The notes under the pieces are model-generated. The model did not search any database. It saw only the letters and a program-made list of their open reading frames with translations, and was not told the origin of the DNA. From contig CAZPBM010000057.1 of the NCBI GenBank assembly GCA_964584965.1, positions 647-64,646 of the forward strand: a stretch of 64,000 bases of DNA, written 5' to 3'. The stretch is from an uncultured Candidatus Bathyarchaeia archaeon (GTDB lineage: Archaea; Thermoproteota; Bathyarchaeia; Bathyarchaeales; DTEX01). Shown piece by piece: positions 30,052-40,700 of this stretch. The first letter of the stretch is position 1. The number at the start of each line of letters is the position of its first letter. A program made the position numbers and the translations under genes.

Positions 30052-30999
30052 CTATAAATCCATGACAAAGAGAAGGCAATCTACTAGCTCCTTGTATCTG
30101 TTTCTAATGGTTACCTCAGTCACCTTCGCAATTTCCGCTATCTCACGCTGAGTTCTTCGTTCTCCAACTAAGACCGAGGCAATGTAACTTGCCGCCGCTG
30201 CAATACCTGTAGGTCCCCTGCCAGAAGTTAGCTTAAGGTTACCAGCTGTCATAAGAATTTTATTTGCAATCTCCTCAACTTTACCCTGCATCGTCAACTG
30301 ATTAGAAAACTTTGACACATACTGGTTTGCCCGAACTGGAGGAATAAGATAATCGAGCTCCTTAACCAAGAAGCGGTAGCTTCTCCCAACCTCTCTCTTA
30401 CTAACATTAGAAGCCTTAGAAATCTCTTCAAGAGTTCTGGCCAACCCACATTGTCTGCATGCAATATATACAGAAGCTGCGCTAATTCCCTGAATTGACC
30501 GTCCACGAATAAGTCTCTCCTTAACAGCCTTCCTGTAAATGACTGAAGCTGTCTCAAAAATGCTTTTTGGTAACGAAAGATTGTTTGCTATCTTCGTAAT
30601 CTCGGAAAGAGCAAACGCAAGGTTCCGCTCCATAGCATCGGAAACCCTAATCCTCCTCTGCCACTTCCTCAAACGGTAGATTTGAGCCTTCTGACCTGCG
30701 GAAAATTTTTTTCCGTAAATGTCTCGATCGTGCCAGTCAATCATCGTCGAAAGTCCCTTGTCATGAATCGTAAAAGTAACTGGAGCGCCAGTTCGAGCTC
30801 TCTTTTCTCTTTGCTCAGTATCAAAAGCCCGCCACTCAGGTCCTTGATCCGTTAATTTCATGTCAAGGACGAACCCACAGTCCATGCACACAACTTCTGC
30901 AGACTCATAATCTCTCATAAGCCTAGTTCCGCCGCATTCAGTGCATCGCTGAATATCTCTAAGACCAGGTGAAACAGACGTTTTTTTATTTTCGCTCAT
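30052..30999 (-). CDS. tfb: Transcription initiation factor IIB
   Basis: Zn ribbon [45 protein letters not shown]. Confidence 0.98.
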   Translation of the reverse strand: MSENKKTSVSPGLRDIQRCTECGGTRLMRDYESAEVVCMDCGFVLDMKLTDQGPEWRAFDTEQREKRARTGAPVTFTIHDKGLSTMIDWHDRDIYGKKFSAGQKAQIYRLRKWQRRIRVSDAMERNLAFALSEITKIANNLSLPKSIFETASVIYRKAVKERLIRGRSIQGISAASVYIACRQCGLARTLEEISKASNVSKREVGRSYRFLVKELDYLIPPVRANQYVSKFSNQLTMQGKVEEIANKILMTAGNLKLTSGRGPTGIAAAASYIASVLVGERRTQREIAEIAKVTEVTIRNRYKELVDCLLFVMDL

Positions 31000-31253
31000 C
31001 TTCTTCCACTTCTTTTTTTCTGTTTTGAAAGAGGCGTAAAGTAAAGAAAACTTCCTACAATTGTCTGCGGGTCACCAGTTTTAACATCAACTAAGACATA
31101 AGGCGATACAGTTGGTCCAATAACGTCAAATACTTTCCCCATTTGCTTGTTCTTCTCGTCCATTACCGTTACGCCGATTCCAGGAGTTTTTTCAGCTTTT
31201 ATGACTGCTTTACCACTCGGACTGATATGAACGACTCGTCCGATTTTCTTCAA
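30996..31253 (-). CDS. gar1: H/ACA RNP protein Gar1
   Basis: IGRVVHIS...[14 protein letters not shown]; conserved position upstream of tfb. Confidence 0.92.
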   Translation of the reverse strand: MKKIGRVVHISPSGKAVIKAEKTPGIGVTVMDEKNKQMGKVFDVIGPTVSPYVLVDVKTGDPQTIVGSFLYFTPLSKQKKRSGRR

Positions 31254-31297
31254 CCCTTCAACTCCTCAAAAGACGTGAACGAAAAAACCCAAGTTTG

Positions 31298-31312
31298 TTA
31301 TATAAACATTTC
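31298..31312 (-). promoter_or_regulatory. BRE/TATA promoter for gar1-tfb
   Basis: Minus strand GAAATG-TTTATATAA about 45 nt upstream of the gar1 start. Confidence 0.55.
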
Positions 31313-31323
31313 TCATTTTAAAT

Positions 31324-31608
31324 TCAGACCATAAGTCTCGAAATCTCTTGAGCTACTTCACTGATAATCCTGTTCTTAGGCTTCGTTTTCTTAACAAGAA
31401 TCAAACCACTCTTTTTCCATGAAAAACGAGGATATGTCACATCCGTTATTACTTTATATGAAAATCCAAGATTTGCAACTGCTTTTTCAAGCACGCCCAA
31501 GTTTGGAGACGGTCTCGAGAGCTTTTTAGGCACCTTTCTTCCTTCAGACCTTGTTTTCATAGAATCAAAATAGACAGGCCATAAAACAATTTCATCTCGT
31601 CTCCGCAT
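31324..31608 (-). CDS. srp19: Signal recognition particle protein SRP19
   Basis: VLWPVYFDSMKTRSEGRKVPK, YPRFSW. Confidence 0.95.
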   Translation of the reverse strand: MRRRDEIVLWPVYFDSMKTRSEGRKVPKKLSRPSPNLGVLEKAVANLGFSYKVITDVTYPRFSWKKSGLILVKKTKPKNRIISEVAQEISRLMV

Positions 31609-31670
31609 GTCCTCAAATCACCATAACATATTTTGTGGACGACTTAATAATATGAGAGAAAACAGCTCTA

Positions 31671-32054
31671 CTATGAGACTAGAATTCCGTTAAGAACTCC
31701 CGATTGCCCAGGTCTGGATGTTACTCGAATAGTTCCAATAGAAGTTTCAAGAAGTGTTCCTTTTGTTATTACACCTCTTCTGTCATAGTCCACGTTAGAC
31801 GGGTTCTTAAGAACCCTTAATATTTCAACCCTCTTAGTTTCTCCAGTTGAAGAATCAGAGACATTCACATATTTTGTACTTACGAGACGAACCTTTAGGG
31901 TTCCTCCTCTTCCTCTTTCTTTTTTTGTCTCATGCTCACCAACAGTGGTCATAACGGGAAAGTTTCCCTTCTCGAACCGTCTTTTACCTCTATATGCTTT
32001 CTTTTTCCCGCCTGAACGCTTCTTTTTATGTAGATTGCCATGCCAAGATGACAT
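31671..32054 (-). CDS. rps8e: 30S ribosomal protein eS8
   Basis: WHGNLHKKKRSGG, NPSNVDYDRRGVITKG, VTSRPGQSG. Confidence 0.98.
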   Translation of the reverse strand: MSSWHGNLHKKKRSGGKKKAYRGKRRFEKGNFPVMTTVGEHETKKERGRGGTLKVRLVSTKYVNVSDSSTGETKRVEILRVLKNPSNVDYDRRGVITKGTLLETSIGTIRVTSRPGQSGVLNGILVS

Positions 32055-32123
32055 TCTTAATTCTCCTTAAGTAAAAAGGAAGGAACCTTCAGACTAATAT
32101 AAATTTAACGGATACTTAATGTC

Positions 32124-32729
32124 CTAACTCTCATTAAAATCGTATTCTTCATCAGAACTAAGCGGCTTTTTCATTAATTCATTAAAAGTCTTTTTAAGTT
32201 GACGTTTCATTATTTTGATGTCTCGACTTAAACCAAAATAGTCCGAAAAAAATTCCGTTACACGCAGAACCTTATTTCTACCATCACTTTTGCGTTCAAT
32301 AAGCCCCATTTCAGCCAACTGCCTAATGTGACCATAAGCATGAGCCCCTCGAGTATCAACAACCTGTTTTTGAACTATTGGCTGCTTATAAGCTATGTAA
32401 GCAAGAGTCCTAAGTGGACCGTCAGACAACAAAGGCCTAACAGCGAGTTTCCTGACTTTAGCTGAAAACTCGGTTTTTAACTGAAGAACGAACCGTTCAT
32501 CCTCAAGTTCTATTACCTCAAGCGGAGTTTCCAGTTGCTTATATTTTTCTATCAAAGCTCTAGCCAGCTGCTGAACCCTTTTCTTCGATCGGCTCCTAAT
32601 AATATGACCTAATGTTTTTATGTCAAGTGGTCGGCCTGCTACATAAAGGGCAGCCTCAATTAAAGCCAAATCTTTTTTAAGTTTTTCCTCTTGATTTTCA
32701 TCAGTTGTTACTTCATTTTTAACTGACAT
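32124..32729 (-). CDS. scpB: SMC-Scp complex subunit ScpB
   Basis: IEAALYVAGRP, LRTLAYIAYKQP, RG, TEFFSDYFGL. Confidence 0.95.
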   Translation of the reverse strand: MSVKNEVTTDENQEEKLKKDLALIEAALYVAGRPLDIKTLGHIIRSRSKKRVQQLARALIEKYKQLETPLEVIELEDERFVLQLKTEFSAKVRKLAVRPLLSDGPLRTLAYIAYKQPIVQKQVVDTRGAHAYGHIRQLAEMGLIERKSDGRNKVLRVTEFFSDYFGLSRDIKIMKRQLKKTFNELMKKPLSSDEEYDFNES

Positions 32730-33403
32730 TACTGAGCCTCATTAATGGTTACAAAAACCTCGTCAGAATTTTCCTTCTGCCATAAGGTTATCCTGTTTTT
32801 TTGAGCCAAAAAAAGCAAAACAATGAAATTTCGAATTTGCTCAATCTTTCCTAAGCCACGTGCAAGTTTCGAGAAAGTAATGATTTTTCCCTCATTGGCA
32901 AGTGTTACTATTTTTTTCATCAGCCTATCCATCTGCTCCTCCATCTCTATCAGATAAGCGCTGATAGTAGGGAATACGCCAGCCGGAGGAATGATCTCAG
33001 TTCTTGTAGACGCTTTCAAGGCAAAGATCTTCTCAGTTTTCAGTGCATTATCTAATGCCTCAAGCAAATTCTGGATTGTTGTTGTAGTCAACTCGTATCG
33101 AAGCGGAAGAACTAGGGGTGGAGGAATAAAATCAGATGGTGGTTCTGGAGCTAAAGGAGCCTTCTCAAGTTCAAGAAGCAGTTCAGACTTCATAAGGTAG
33201 ACTGTTGAAGATGAACCAAGCGCCATTCCTGAAGCTCTGAAATCAATCTCATTTCTTTTTTCCATCTCGTCAAGAAACGACAAAAGAAGAAAAGACAAGT
33301 TAATGTCCCAAGGATTCAACTTTTCCAGCAACTGCAAGTCGAAAAGAATATTCCAAGGTGGGCGAAAATAAAAGGGCTTATTGATATTTGTCTCTGTCAT
33401 CAC
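32729..33403 (-). CDS. scpA: Kleisin ScpA
   Basis: NPWDINL, DFRASG.AL, MKSE, FIVLLFLA...LWQ; between smc and scpB. Confidence 0.9.
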   Translation of the reverse strand: MMTETNINKPFYFRPPWNILFDLQLLEKLNPWDINLSFLLLSFLDEMEKRNEIDFRASGMALGSSSTVYLMKSELLLELEKAPLAPEPPSDFIPPPLVLPLRYELTTTTIQNLLEALDNALKTEKIFALKASTRTEIIPPAGVFPTISAYLIEMEEQMDRLMKKIVTLANEGKIITFSKLARGLGKIEQIRNFIVLLFLAQKNRITLWQKENSDEVFVTINEAQ

Positions 33404-36400
33404 GTGGCCTCTTTGAAAGTTGTTGTTACAACATGCGATACACCCTCAAAACCGTAAACCCCATATATTCTGTCGGCTTTACTGACCATTTCAGGCTTTA
33501 AAGTTATGACGACAAACTGTGATTTTTGGGCTTCTTCCGCAAGCAGCTCACCAAGTCTCTCAACATTAGAAGCATCTAAGTGAGCGTCAATTTCATCAAA
33601 CAAATAAAACGAAGCTGGAGTGAATTCCTGCAATGCAAACAGGAAGGCAACAGCAGAGACTGACCGTTCACCGCTGCTAGCACCACTTACTAGAATAGGA
33701 GGCTTTCCCACAAATTGGACTATCATGTCCACGCCTCCCGCAAATGGGTTCTCGGGATTCTCAAGTTTCAATGCGGCGTTTCCTCCATCTGTAAGCTTTG
33801 AGAAATATCTATCAATTCTTTCGTTAATTTTGTTAAAAGCCGCCATAAAAGCATTGTATTTCTTTCTCTCAATCTCTTCAATAAACTCAACAATCGCCAT
33901 TCTTTCTTTTTCCAACTCGTTCATGCGTATTGAAAGTTCCTTGTACTTTGAGATCTGATCCTCATACTGTATCTGTGCAAGTTGATTAATGGCACCTATC
34001 CGTTCTAACTCAAGCTTCATCATTTTTAACGAAGTCTCAATGTCTTGGATGCTTTTGGAAGGAACAGTAAAGGGTTCTTCATATCCAAAGTTCCTAAGTT
34101 GATCAAGTTGTCTTTCAACAAGAAGATTTAAAGTCTGATAGTTGAGCCTTAATTCATCCAATAACTTGTCAGACTGTTCATATTCAGCTTCAAGAACCCG
34201 AAGTTTATTATCTATCTCATCAATATGCATTGTGTACTTCTGCGATTCACCTTTGATAGTTAATAACGATTTGGATAGTTGATCCTTAACAACCTCAAGT
34301 TCTCTAATTTTATTCAGAACTGTCTCCTTTTCAGTGTTAAGTTTATCAACTTCTTGCTCCAAAGTTGCTATCTGACTAGATGCCTTATCCCTTTGAACAT
34401 AGGCATTCTCTAATTCTACCTTTAATGTAGTTTCCAATTTTGACTGGAGAGAAGAGAGTTGAGTTTCCACTTGACTAAGTTTCTGCCTTAGCGTAATTAA
34501 TTCAGTTCCCAAGACCTCACGTTTTTGTTCTCTTTCTTGAGCCATTGAAAAGTCAACATTGTGCTTAAGATTTTCAAGTTCACTTTTTAGCTTATTCTCT
34601 TCGAAGGAACATCTTTTTATTGCATCGTCAAAAAACCCTATTTGTGCCTTCTCTTTCTCGAGACTGCTTTGTAAGGTTGTTATGTTCTCTTCAACGCGCA
34701 TAATGCTTCTTTTCGTTTCATGAATGCTTTTACGTGTTCCATCAATTTCTGAATCAAGCTTTCCCAAGGCTTCGGCTGAAGCAGTTATTTCATTCTGTAT
34801 GTTCACGATTTCTTTTTCTAACTCGTTAATATCGAGTTCTCTTTTAGTTAAATTCGCCTTCAACGTAGTTACAGCCTTATCAAGGTCTTTTAAGGCTGAC
34901 TCACTAGGCACAAAGGATGAAAAATCAATAGGCGCTCGATAGAATCCGCTTTCAACACCGCCCCCCGCCTCGTAAAGATCGCCAGCCTTTGTAACAGAAC
35001 GATATCCAGCATGAGAGATCATCAACGCTGTTTTTTCGTCAGCTGCCAAAAAAGTATCGCCAAAAACAAATGAGACAGCGGCCTCATGCGTCGGATCATA
35101 CTTTACGAAAGACATGACCTTGTCTTTTGTACCTTCAATCTGCGGAAAATCGTCCATTCTAACGCTTGATAATCCTTTAAGCGGAATAATCTTTATTCTC
35201 CCAAGTTTGAGTTGCCGCAGTGTTTCAACACATACAAAGGCCGTTTCCAAACTGTCAACAACGAGCGCGTTAAGCCATCCAGCAGCTGCAGCTTCGACAG
35301 CACGTTCATAACCATTTTTAATGCTTATCAGATTCTTTAGACGACCTACAACACCTTTGACAATGCCTTCTTCAGACGATTTTTCTATATATTTTAGGGC
35401 ATTCTCTTCTGTTGTGAACTTGTTAACTAGTTCCTTGCGGGTCTCAAATTCCACAAGAGCTTCTTTGGCGACATCAGCAATTTTCTCTGCCTCTTTTATT
35501 TCTGACTCTAGAACTTCTTTTTTCTCTGTTTTTTTCTTAAGAGACTCCTGTAGTAAAGTTAATCGTTCTATTCGTTCTTTGCATATGTTTTCTAAATCCC
35601 GCAAAGACTTTTCAAGCCTATTTGATGCATCGGCATAATCGACTTTTCTATCCTCAAGATTTCTGAGCCTTTCTGAATAAATGTTGACCTTAGATTCAGT
35701 TTCTGCGCGTTGGCTACGAAGCTTTATTACTTCTCTATGTATCTGTTCAATTTGGTTTTCAATTTCACGTAACCTTCTTGTTACCTCATTCATACTAGAT
35801 CTGGCTTTCAGTGTTTCTTCATTCATTATTTCAAAAGCTGATTGTTTCTCAGCGATTTCCCTTTTAAGTAAATCCCGAGTTGGAGCAAGTTCATTGATCT
35901 TATTCTTAATATTTTCAATCTCTTGACAGAGAAATTCGATCTGTTGTTCAGCATTCTGTTTTACTCTTGTAAGGTTATCTAAACTTGTTTTATAAGATGT
36001 AATTCTTGTCGAAAGTTCAACCAGTTTTGATCTTAAGTCTCCTATCTCCATTTGGATCTGGAAAAACTTCGTTTGGTTAGCCTCAACCTCTTCAAAACCA
36101 AGTTTTCTCCACTCTATCTCAATCTCGTGACGCTTTGACTGTAAAGTTTCTCTCTGAGTTCGTATCGCTTGAATCTTTTTTTCTAAAACACCAATCTGTG
36201 CAGTCAATTCGCTAATCTTCATTTGGTTAGTTGTTATCTCATAAGACAGCTCAGCTGCTTCAAAACGTCTAATCTCGCTTTGAATGAAATTGTGACGTAG
36301 GAGGTCATTCCTTTCTCTCTCTAGAGCCTCAATTCTATTCTGAACCTCGCTTACCTGCCCCATTGCTGTTTTGATTGAAATGTCTGCTGCTTTCAGTTTT

Positions 36401-36945
36401 TCATCTGCTTCAGTTTTCTCTGCATCATATGTGGCAATACCAATCATGTCCTCGATAATTTTTCTACGTTCCATAGGAGAAATTTCAGCCAATCTCGTAA
36501 GTGTGCCCTGAAGAACAACATTATGTCCATAAGGACTGATACCTGCCATCGCAAGAATCTCCATGGCATAGGCTCTAGAGACCCTTCGACCATTAATTCT
36601 GAAAATACTTTGTCCTTCATGGTCGATTTCTCTTGAGAACGTTACCGTCGCAGTGTCAGTTGGCAGACGATTGTCCGAATTATCAAACTGAATAACGACC
36701 TTAGCGCTATCTTTCTTTCTTGAATCCGAGTTAGGGGTCCCGCTGAAAATAAGTTTTGAAAAGTTTTCTGCCCTAAGTCTTCTTGAGCTAAGTTCGCCTA
36801 AACAGAAAAGAACAGCATCAATTATGTTGGTTTTTCCACTCCCGTTTGGCCCGGTTATCGCCGTGAATCCTTTATCAAATGTTAATGTTGTTTTCTTACC
36901 AAACGTTTTAAAACCGTTGACCTCAATTTTCTTTATAAAAGGCAT
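33400..36945 (-). CDS. smc: Chromosome segregation protein SMC
   Basis: GFKTF, GPNGSGKTN, VLQG, coiled coils, hinge GRIKIIPL...GDLYEAGG, FDEIDAHLD. Confidence 0.97.
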   Translation of the reverse strand: MPFIKKIEVNGFKTFGKKTTLTFDKGFTAITGPNGSGKTNIIDAVLFCLGELSSRRLRAENFSKLIFSGTPNSDSRKKDSAKVVIQFDNSDNRLPTDTATVTFSREIDHEGQSIFRINGRRVSRAYAMEILAMAGISPYGHNVVLQGTLTRLAEISPMERRKIIEDMIGIATYDAEKTEADEKLKAADISIKTAMGQVSEVQNRIEALERERNDLLRHNFIQSEIRRFEAAELSYEITTNQMKISELTAQIGVLEKKIQAIRTQRETLQSKRHEIEIEWRKLGFEEVEANQTKFFQIQMEIGDLRSKLVELSTRITSYKTSLDNLTRVKQNAEQQIEFLCQEIENIKNKINELAPTRDLLKREIAEKQSAFEIMNEETLKARSSMNEVTRRLREIENQIEQIHREVIKLRSQRAETESKVNIYSERLRNLEDRKVDYADASNRLEKSLRDLENICKERIERLTLLQESLKKKTEKKEVLESEIKEAEKIADVAKEALVEFETRKELVNKFTTEENALKYIEKSSEEGIVKGVVGRLKNLISIKNGYERAVEAAAAGWLNALVVDSLETAFVCVETLRQLKLGRIKIIPLKGLSSVRMDDFPQIEGTKDKVMSFVKYDPTHEAAVSFVFGDTFLAADEKTALMISHAGYRSVTKAGDLYEAGGGVESGFYRAPIDFSSFVPSESALKDLDKAVTTLKANLTKRELDINELEKEIVNIQNEITASAEALGKLDSEIDGTRKSIHETKRSIMRVEENITTLQSSLEKEKAQIGFFDDAIKRCSFEENKLKSELENLKHNVDFSMAQEREQKREVLGTELITLRQKLSQVETQLSSLQSKLETTLKVELENAYVQRDKASSQIATLEQEVDKLNTEKETVLNKIRELEVVKDQLSKSLLTIKGESQKYTMHIDEIDNKLRVLEAEYEQSDKLLDELRLNYQTLNLLVERQLDQLRNFGYEEPFTVPSKSIQDIETSLKMMKLELERIGAINQLAQIQYEDQISKYKELSIRMNELEKERMAIVEFIEEIERKKYNAFMAAFNKINERIDRYFSKLTDGGNAALKLENPENPFAGGVDMIVQFVGKPPILVSGASSGERSVSAVAFLFALQEFTPASFYLFDEIDAHLDASNVERLGELLAEEAQKSQFVVITLKPEMVSKADRIYGVYGFEGVSHVVTTTFKEAT

Positions 36946-36986
36946 CTTTATTCCTCAACAAACCAACGCTCGGTTTTTTTATCTCA

Positions 36987-37532
36987 TTATTCCCTTACGA
37001 ATTGTTTCTTTCCATTTTTTTGTAATACCTTAGTCACGTTCTTAATAAAATGTTTCAGCTTTTGTTCCTCTCCATAAACAAGGACGGTGCTATCGGTTTG
37101 AACCGTTAATTTTAATCCTTTTTGTTCAGCAAGATGTTTTATTTTTTCAATTGTGACAGTTTCAAAAGGTTCAATTCTTACCCACTTGTCTTCACGAGGA
37201 ACCCCGACAGGAACCCCTTTAGAAGGTTTAGGTTTCCATAATGTTTCGCGTCTTTGTAATTCGGCAAGGTTTCTTAGCCATTTTTCCATTTCTGTTTTAC
37301 CAAGCCTATTTCCTGCTAAAGGAAGCAGAGTGGATTCAAGATTTGCAAGGTACTCCTCACTTTTTTGAAGGATTTCAGAACGCGATTGGTCAACCTTATA
37401 AATTTCCATTAAAGTTTTGGCAGCTCGCAGGTCGCTCATGATGTTAGCTGGAATTTCTTCACCCTTATTTCGCAGCTCTACAATTAAATTAGACATGAGC
37501 TCCCATACAGCCTCATAATCCACGCTTTTCAC
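36987..37532 (-). CDS. DUF2096-like archaeal protein
   Basis: W.LMSNLIVELR.KG.EIP...DLR.AK, GVPR...WVR. Confidence 0.65.
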   Translation of the reverse strand: MKSVDYEAVWELMSNLIVELRNKGEEIPANIMSDLRAAKTLMEIYKVDQSRSEILQKSEEYLANLESTLLPLAGNRLGKTEMEKWLRNLAELQRRETLWKPKPSKGVPVGVPREDKWVRIEPFETVTIEKIKHLAEQKGLKLTVQTDSTVLVYGEEQKLKHFIKNVTKVLQKNGKKQFVRE

Positions 37533-37781
37533 CTCGTATCCTGATGTAAAACAACCTTGGAATTGACCTCATTGCGTACTCAAGATTTAAAGTTCACCTC
37601 CAAGTTCCTGAAAATCCTTTGTTCATCATACTGTCTAAGCATTCACCTTGAAGAAACAAAAAAGTTGAAATTCCAAATATTTGTTTCTAATACGCATGTA
37701 TATATGTAACTATGAAAAACCGGAAAACTGTAAATACCCCAAATTTAGTCATATAACGACGGACATGAAGGTAAAAGATGC

Positions 37782-38174
37782 ATGAACAAAGGAAAAGGAC
37801 AGGAGGATGCCCTGCAACCATTCGGATATAAACAAGCAATAGTAGTAAGGTCGGATTTGAACATGAGTTGTGGAAAAGCAGCAGTACAAGCCTGCCACAG
37901 CGCTGTTTCTGCATCAGAAGAAACAAAAAAAAGGCATCCACAATGGTTTCGGTATTGGATGCGGGAAGGGCAATGTAAAATAGTTCTAAAGGTCAATTCC
38001 AAAGAAGAATTGCAAGAACTGGAGAAAAAAGCCAAGAAACTTGGTATATCAACATTTCTTGTATCTGACATGGGATTAACTGAACTTCCGCCAGGAACAA
38101 TAACCGCGCTTGGCATCGGACCTGCTCCGACAAGCCTCATTGATAAGGTTACGGGGAGCCTTTCGCTTTATTAA
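37782..38174 (+). CDS. pth2: Peptidyl-tRNA hydrolase Pth2
   Basis: KQAIVVRSDLNMSCGKAAVQACHS, GQCKIVLK, DMGLTE, LGIGP. Confidence 0.96.
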   Translation: MNKGKGQEDALQPFGYKQAIVVRSDLNMSCGKAAVQACHSAVSASEETKKRHPQWFRYWMREGQCKIVLKVNSKEELQELEKKAKKLGISTFLVSDMGLTELPPGTITALGIGPAPTSLIDKVTGSLSLY

Positions 38175-38195
38175 CGATATCTATAGAGGATACAC

Positions 38196-39569
38196 ATGAC
38201 GCTTGAAGTGCCCTCTCTTGAAGCAGACTTCGGAATGGCAGTTTATGTTTCACGAAACCTTGGGATCGGTGGAAAGATTCGGATCGTCCCAGAAGACTTT
38301 GTTGTTGAAGAAGTGCTGGTTAATGGCTCAAAAGCTTCCGTTAGTGTCACTGACACAAGCAGACTAAATTCTAATTTTGGGCGTTATATTATATGTGTTC
38401 TAGTAAAGAAAGGCTGGGACACGTTTGCAGCATTAAGAGCAATATCTCGACAATTAGATATTGACCAAGAAAGAATTAGTATTGCTGGAATAAAAGATGC
38501 AAGAGCTTTGACTGCGCAGCACATAAGCATTGGTGGAGTTCCTCTTGAAAAAGTGAATGAAATTCGTCTAGAAAACGCGGTCATCATTCCAACACGTTTT
38601 TCGAATGAAAAAATCTCTTCTAAGTTTCTTTTCGGCAACCAATTTGACATAAAGGTAAGGGAACTCGGATGCTCTATTGAAGAAGCGAAACGAAGAATTG
38701 ACGAAACGAAAAATGAAATTGATGACTTCAACGGAATTCCTAACTTTTTTGGACATCAGAGGTTTGGAACTATCAGGCCTTTTACTCATAAAGTTGGGCG
38801 TCACATCGTTAAAGGTCAGTATGAAAATGCGGCATTGATTTTTCTTTCTGAACCCAGCGTATATGAACATCGACGTGCATCTAGAGCCCGAGAACGGCTA
38901 AGGGAAACTGGAGACTATAAAAGTTGTTTACGTTTTTTTCCGCGGAGACTTGTCTACGAGAGGTTGATGCTGCTTCATCTTTCGAGATACCCGAACGATT
39001 TCTTAGGAGCATTCCGTAAGATTCCGCGTACTATTCGAGTGCTTTTTGTGCAAGCTTACCAGTCTTATCTTTTTAATAGGTTCCTCAGCGAGCGAATAAA
39101 ATGTGGCTTATCTCTCATCGAAGCCTATCCAGGTGACTTTGTGATTAGTTTAGACAAAAACGGATTACCTGCAAACAATTTCAAAAATGTGAAGCCAGAT
39201 GAAATCTTTGAAATTAATGAGGCAATTAGAAGAAAAGAACTTGCTGTTGCTCTGCCATTAGTAGGATATAACCAAAGTGTTTCTGAAGGAGTTCAAGGAC
39301 AAATTGAAAGACAAGTTCTGAAAGAAGAAGACATTCACCCAAAGGATTTCTACTTGAAAGATATGTCTGAAGCAAGCGCAGCTGGCGGTTTAAGAAATGC
39401 CTTAGTTCCTCTTGTGAACTTTAATGTCACTTTTGAAGAGAACGCTCATAATATAGATCAAGGTAATTTTGCAGTGAGGTTTAGGTTTATGCTTCATAAA
39501 GGCTCCTATGCAACAGTTGTTCTAAGAGAGTTTATGAAGCCAATTGACCTTGTGGATGCAGGGTTTTAA
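38196..39569 (+). CDS. truD: tRNA pseudouridine(13) synthase TruD
   Basis: PEDFVVEE, AGIKDARALTAQ, GNQF, PNFFGHQRFG, AYQSYLFN, KGSYATVVLRE. Confidence 0.96.
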   Translation: MTLEVPSLEADFGMAVYVSRNLGIGGKIRIVPEDFVVEEVLVNGSKASVSVTDTSRLNSNFGRYIICVLVKKGWDTFAALRAISRQLDIDQERISIAGIKDARALTAQHISIGGVPLEKVNEIRLENAVIIPTRFSNEKISSKFLFGNQFDIKVRELGCSIEEAKRRIDETKNEIDDFNGIPNFFGHQRFGTIRPFTHKVGRHIVKGQYENAALIFLSEPSVYEHRRASRARERLRETGDYKSCLRFFPRRLVYERLMLLHLSRYPNDFLGAFRKIPRTIRVLFVQAYQSYLFNRFLSERIKCGLSLIEAYPGDFVISLDKNGLPANNFKNVKPDEIFEINEAIRRKELAVALPLVGYNQSVSEGVQGQIERQVLKEEDIHPKDFYLKDMSEASAAGGLRNALVPLVNFNVTFEENAHNIDQGNFAVRFRFMLHKGSYATVVLREFMKPIDLVDAGF

Positions 39570-39712
39570 AGTGTTGAGACTCTTCATTGACTGTTTCTGG
39601 TCATTAACACAATTTTTTTGTTATTTTTGACCGAAAAATATATATTTGTAATGAAATTTTTAATGAAGACAATTAAACAAGCCGCCAATTAGGAAACAGG
39701 AAACCTGAGAAC

Positions 39713-40630
39713 ATGAAAAAGCAGAATCTTCTTACATTGCAGGAGTTTTCTGAAAAGGAAATATGGGATATTCTTAAAACCACAAAAAAATTTAAGCTGA
39801 AAAAGGGCGACTCTAACATTCTTGAAGGAAAATCAATTGCTCTTCTTTTCCAGAAACCTTCGACTCGTACAAGAGTTTCTTTTGATGTCGCTATAAACGA
39901 GTTAGGTGGTCATTCCATTTACCTTGGATGGACAGAGTCACAGTTAGGAAGAGGCGAGACAATAGCTGACACTGCTCGTGTCCTCAGCCGATACTTAGAT
40001 TGCATCATTGCCAGAGTCAATAGACATTCTGACCTTGAAGAAATAGCTGACTATGCGGAAATTCCGGTGATAAATGCTCTTTCCAATTTATACCACCCAT
40101 GCCAAACGATCGCTGACCTTTATACAATCTGGGAAAAGTTTGAAACCATAGAAAATTTAAAAGTTGCTTATGTTGGTGACGGAAACAATGTTTGCAACTC
40201 CTTGCTTATTGGATGTTCAAAACTTGGTGTCAATATTTCAATTGCATGCCCTCCTGGATATGAACCGCACAGTACAGCACAAGAAAAGGCTAAGATGAAC
40301 GCCAAAGAAAGCGGCTCAAAAATTGAGATACTCCGAGAACCAATTGACGCTGTTAGAAACGCCAATGTAGTTTACACGGACACATTTGTCTCGATGGGAG
40401 ACGAACCTGAAAAAGAAACACGACTCAAAACCTTTTTACCAAAATATCAGGCCACTTCAGATCTCTTCAAACATGCCGCAGAAAACGCTTTGTTCATGCA
40501 TTGTCTGCCAGCTCATCGTGGAGAAGAGGTCACAGACGATGTCATGGATGGTCCACGTTCAATAATTTGGGACCAAGCTGAAAACCGTTTGCATACAGCA
40601 AAAGCAATACTTTCAAGAGTTCTTGTTTAG
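39713..40630 (+). CDS. argF: Ornithine carbamoyltransferase
   Basis: KPSTRT, HPCQ, GDGNNV, SMG, HCLP, QAENR. Confidence 0.97.
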   Translation: MKKQNLLTLQEFSEKEIWDILKTTKKFKLKKGDSNILEGKSIALLFQKPSTRTRVSFDVAINELGGHSIYLGWTESQLGRGETIADTARVLSRYLDCIIARVNRHSDLEEIADYAEIPVINALSNLYHPCQTIADLYTIWEKFETIENLKVAYVGDGNNVCNSLLIGCSKLGVNISIACPPGYEPHSTAQEKAKMNAKESGSKIEILREPIDAVRNANVVYTDTFVSMGDEPEKETRLKTFLPKYQATSDLFKHAAENALFMHCLPAHRGEEVTDDVMDGPRSIIWDQAENRLHTAKAILSRVLV

Positions 40631-40700
40631 GCAACCAACATTTGTTTTCATAATACTTATATAATTCAGCAAGATTCAAACTTAAAGAGTTCAATTTAAG

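Noticed and set aside
37533-37601. Strong RBS then TTG AGT ACG CAA TGA, in frame with the DUF2096 gene (possible selenocysteine extension)
   Set aside because: The family-like sequence starts at GTG 37532, there is no redox motif and no SECIS was seen; likely chance.
37580-37630. Possible C/D box sRNA on the minus strand (ATGATGA...)
   Set aside because: The C box is perfect but there is no canonical CTGA D box, and D'/C' are poor. It would need snoscan or RNA-seq support.
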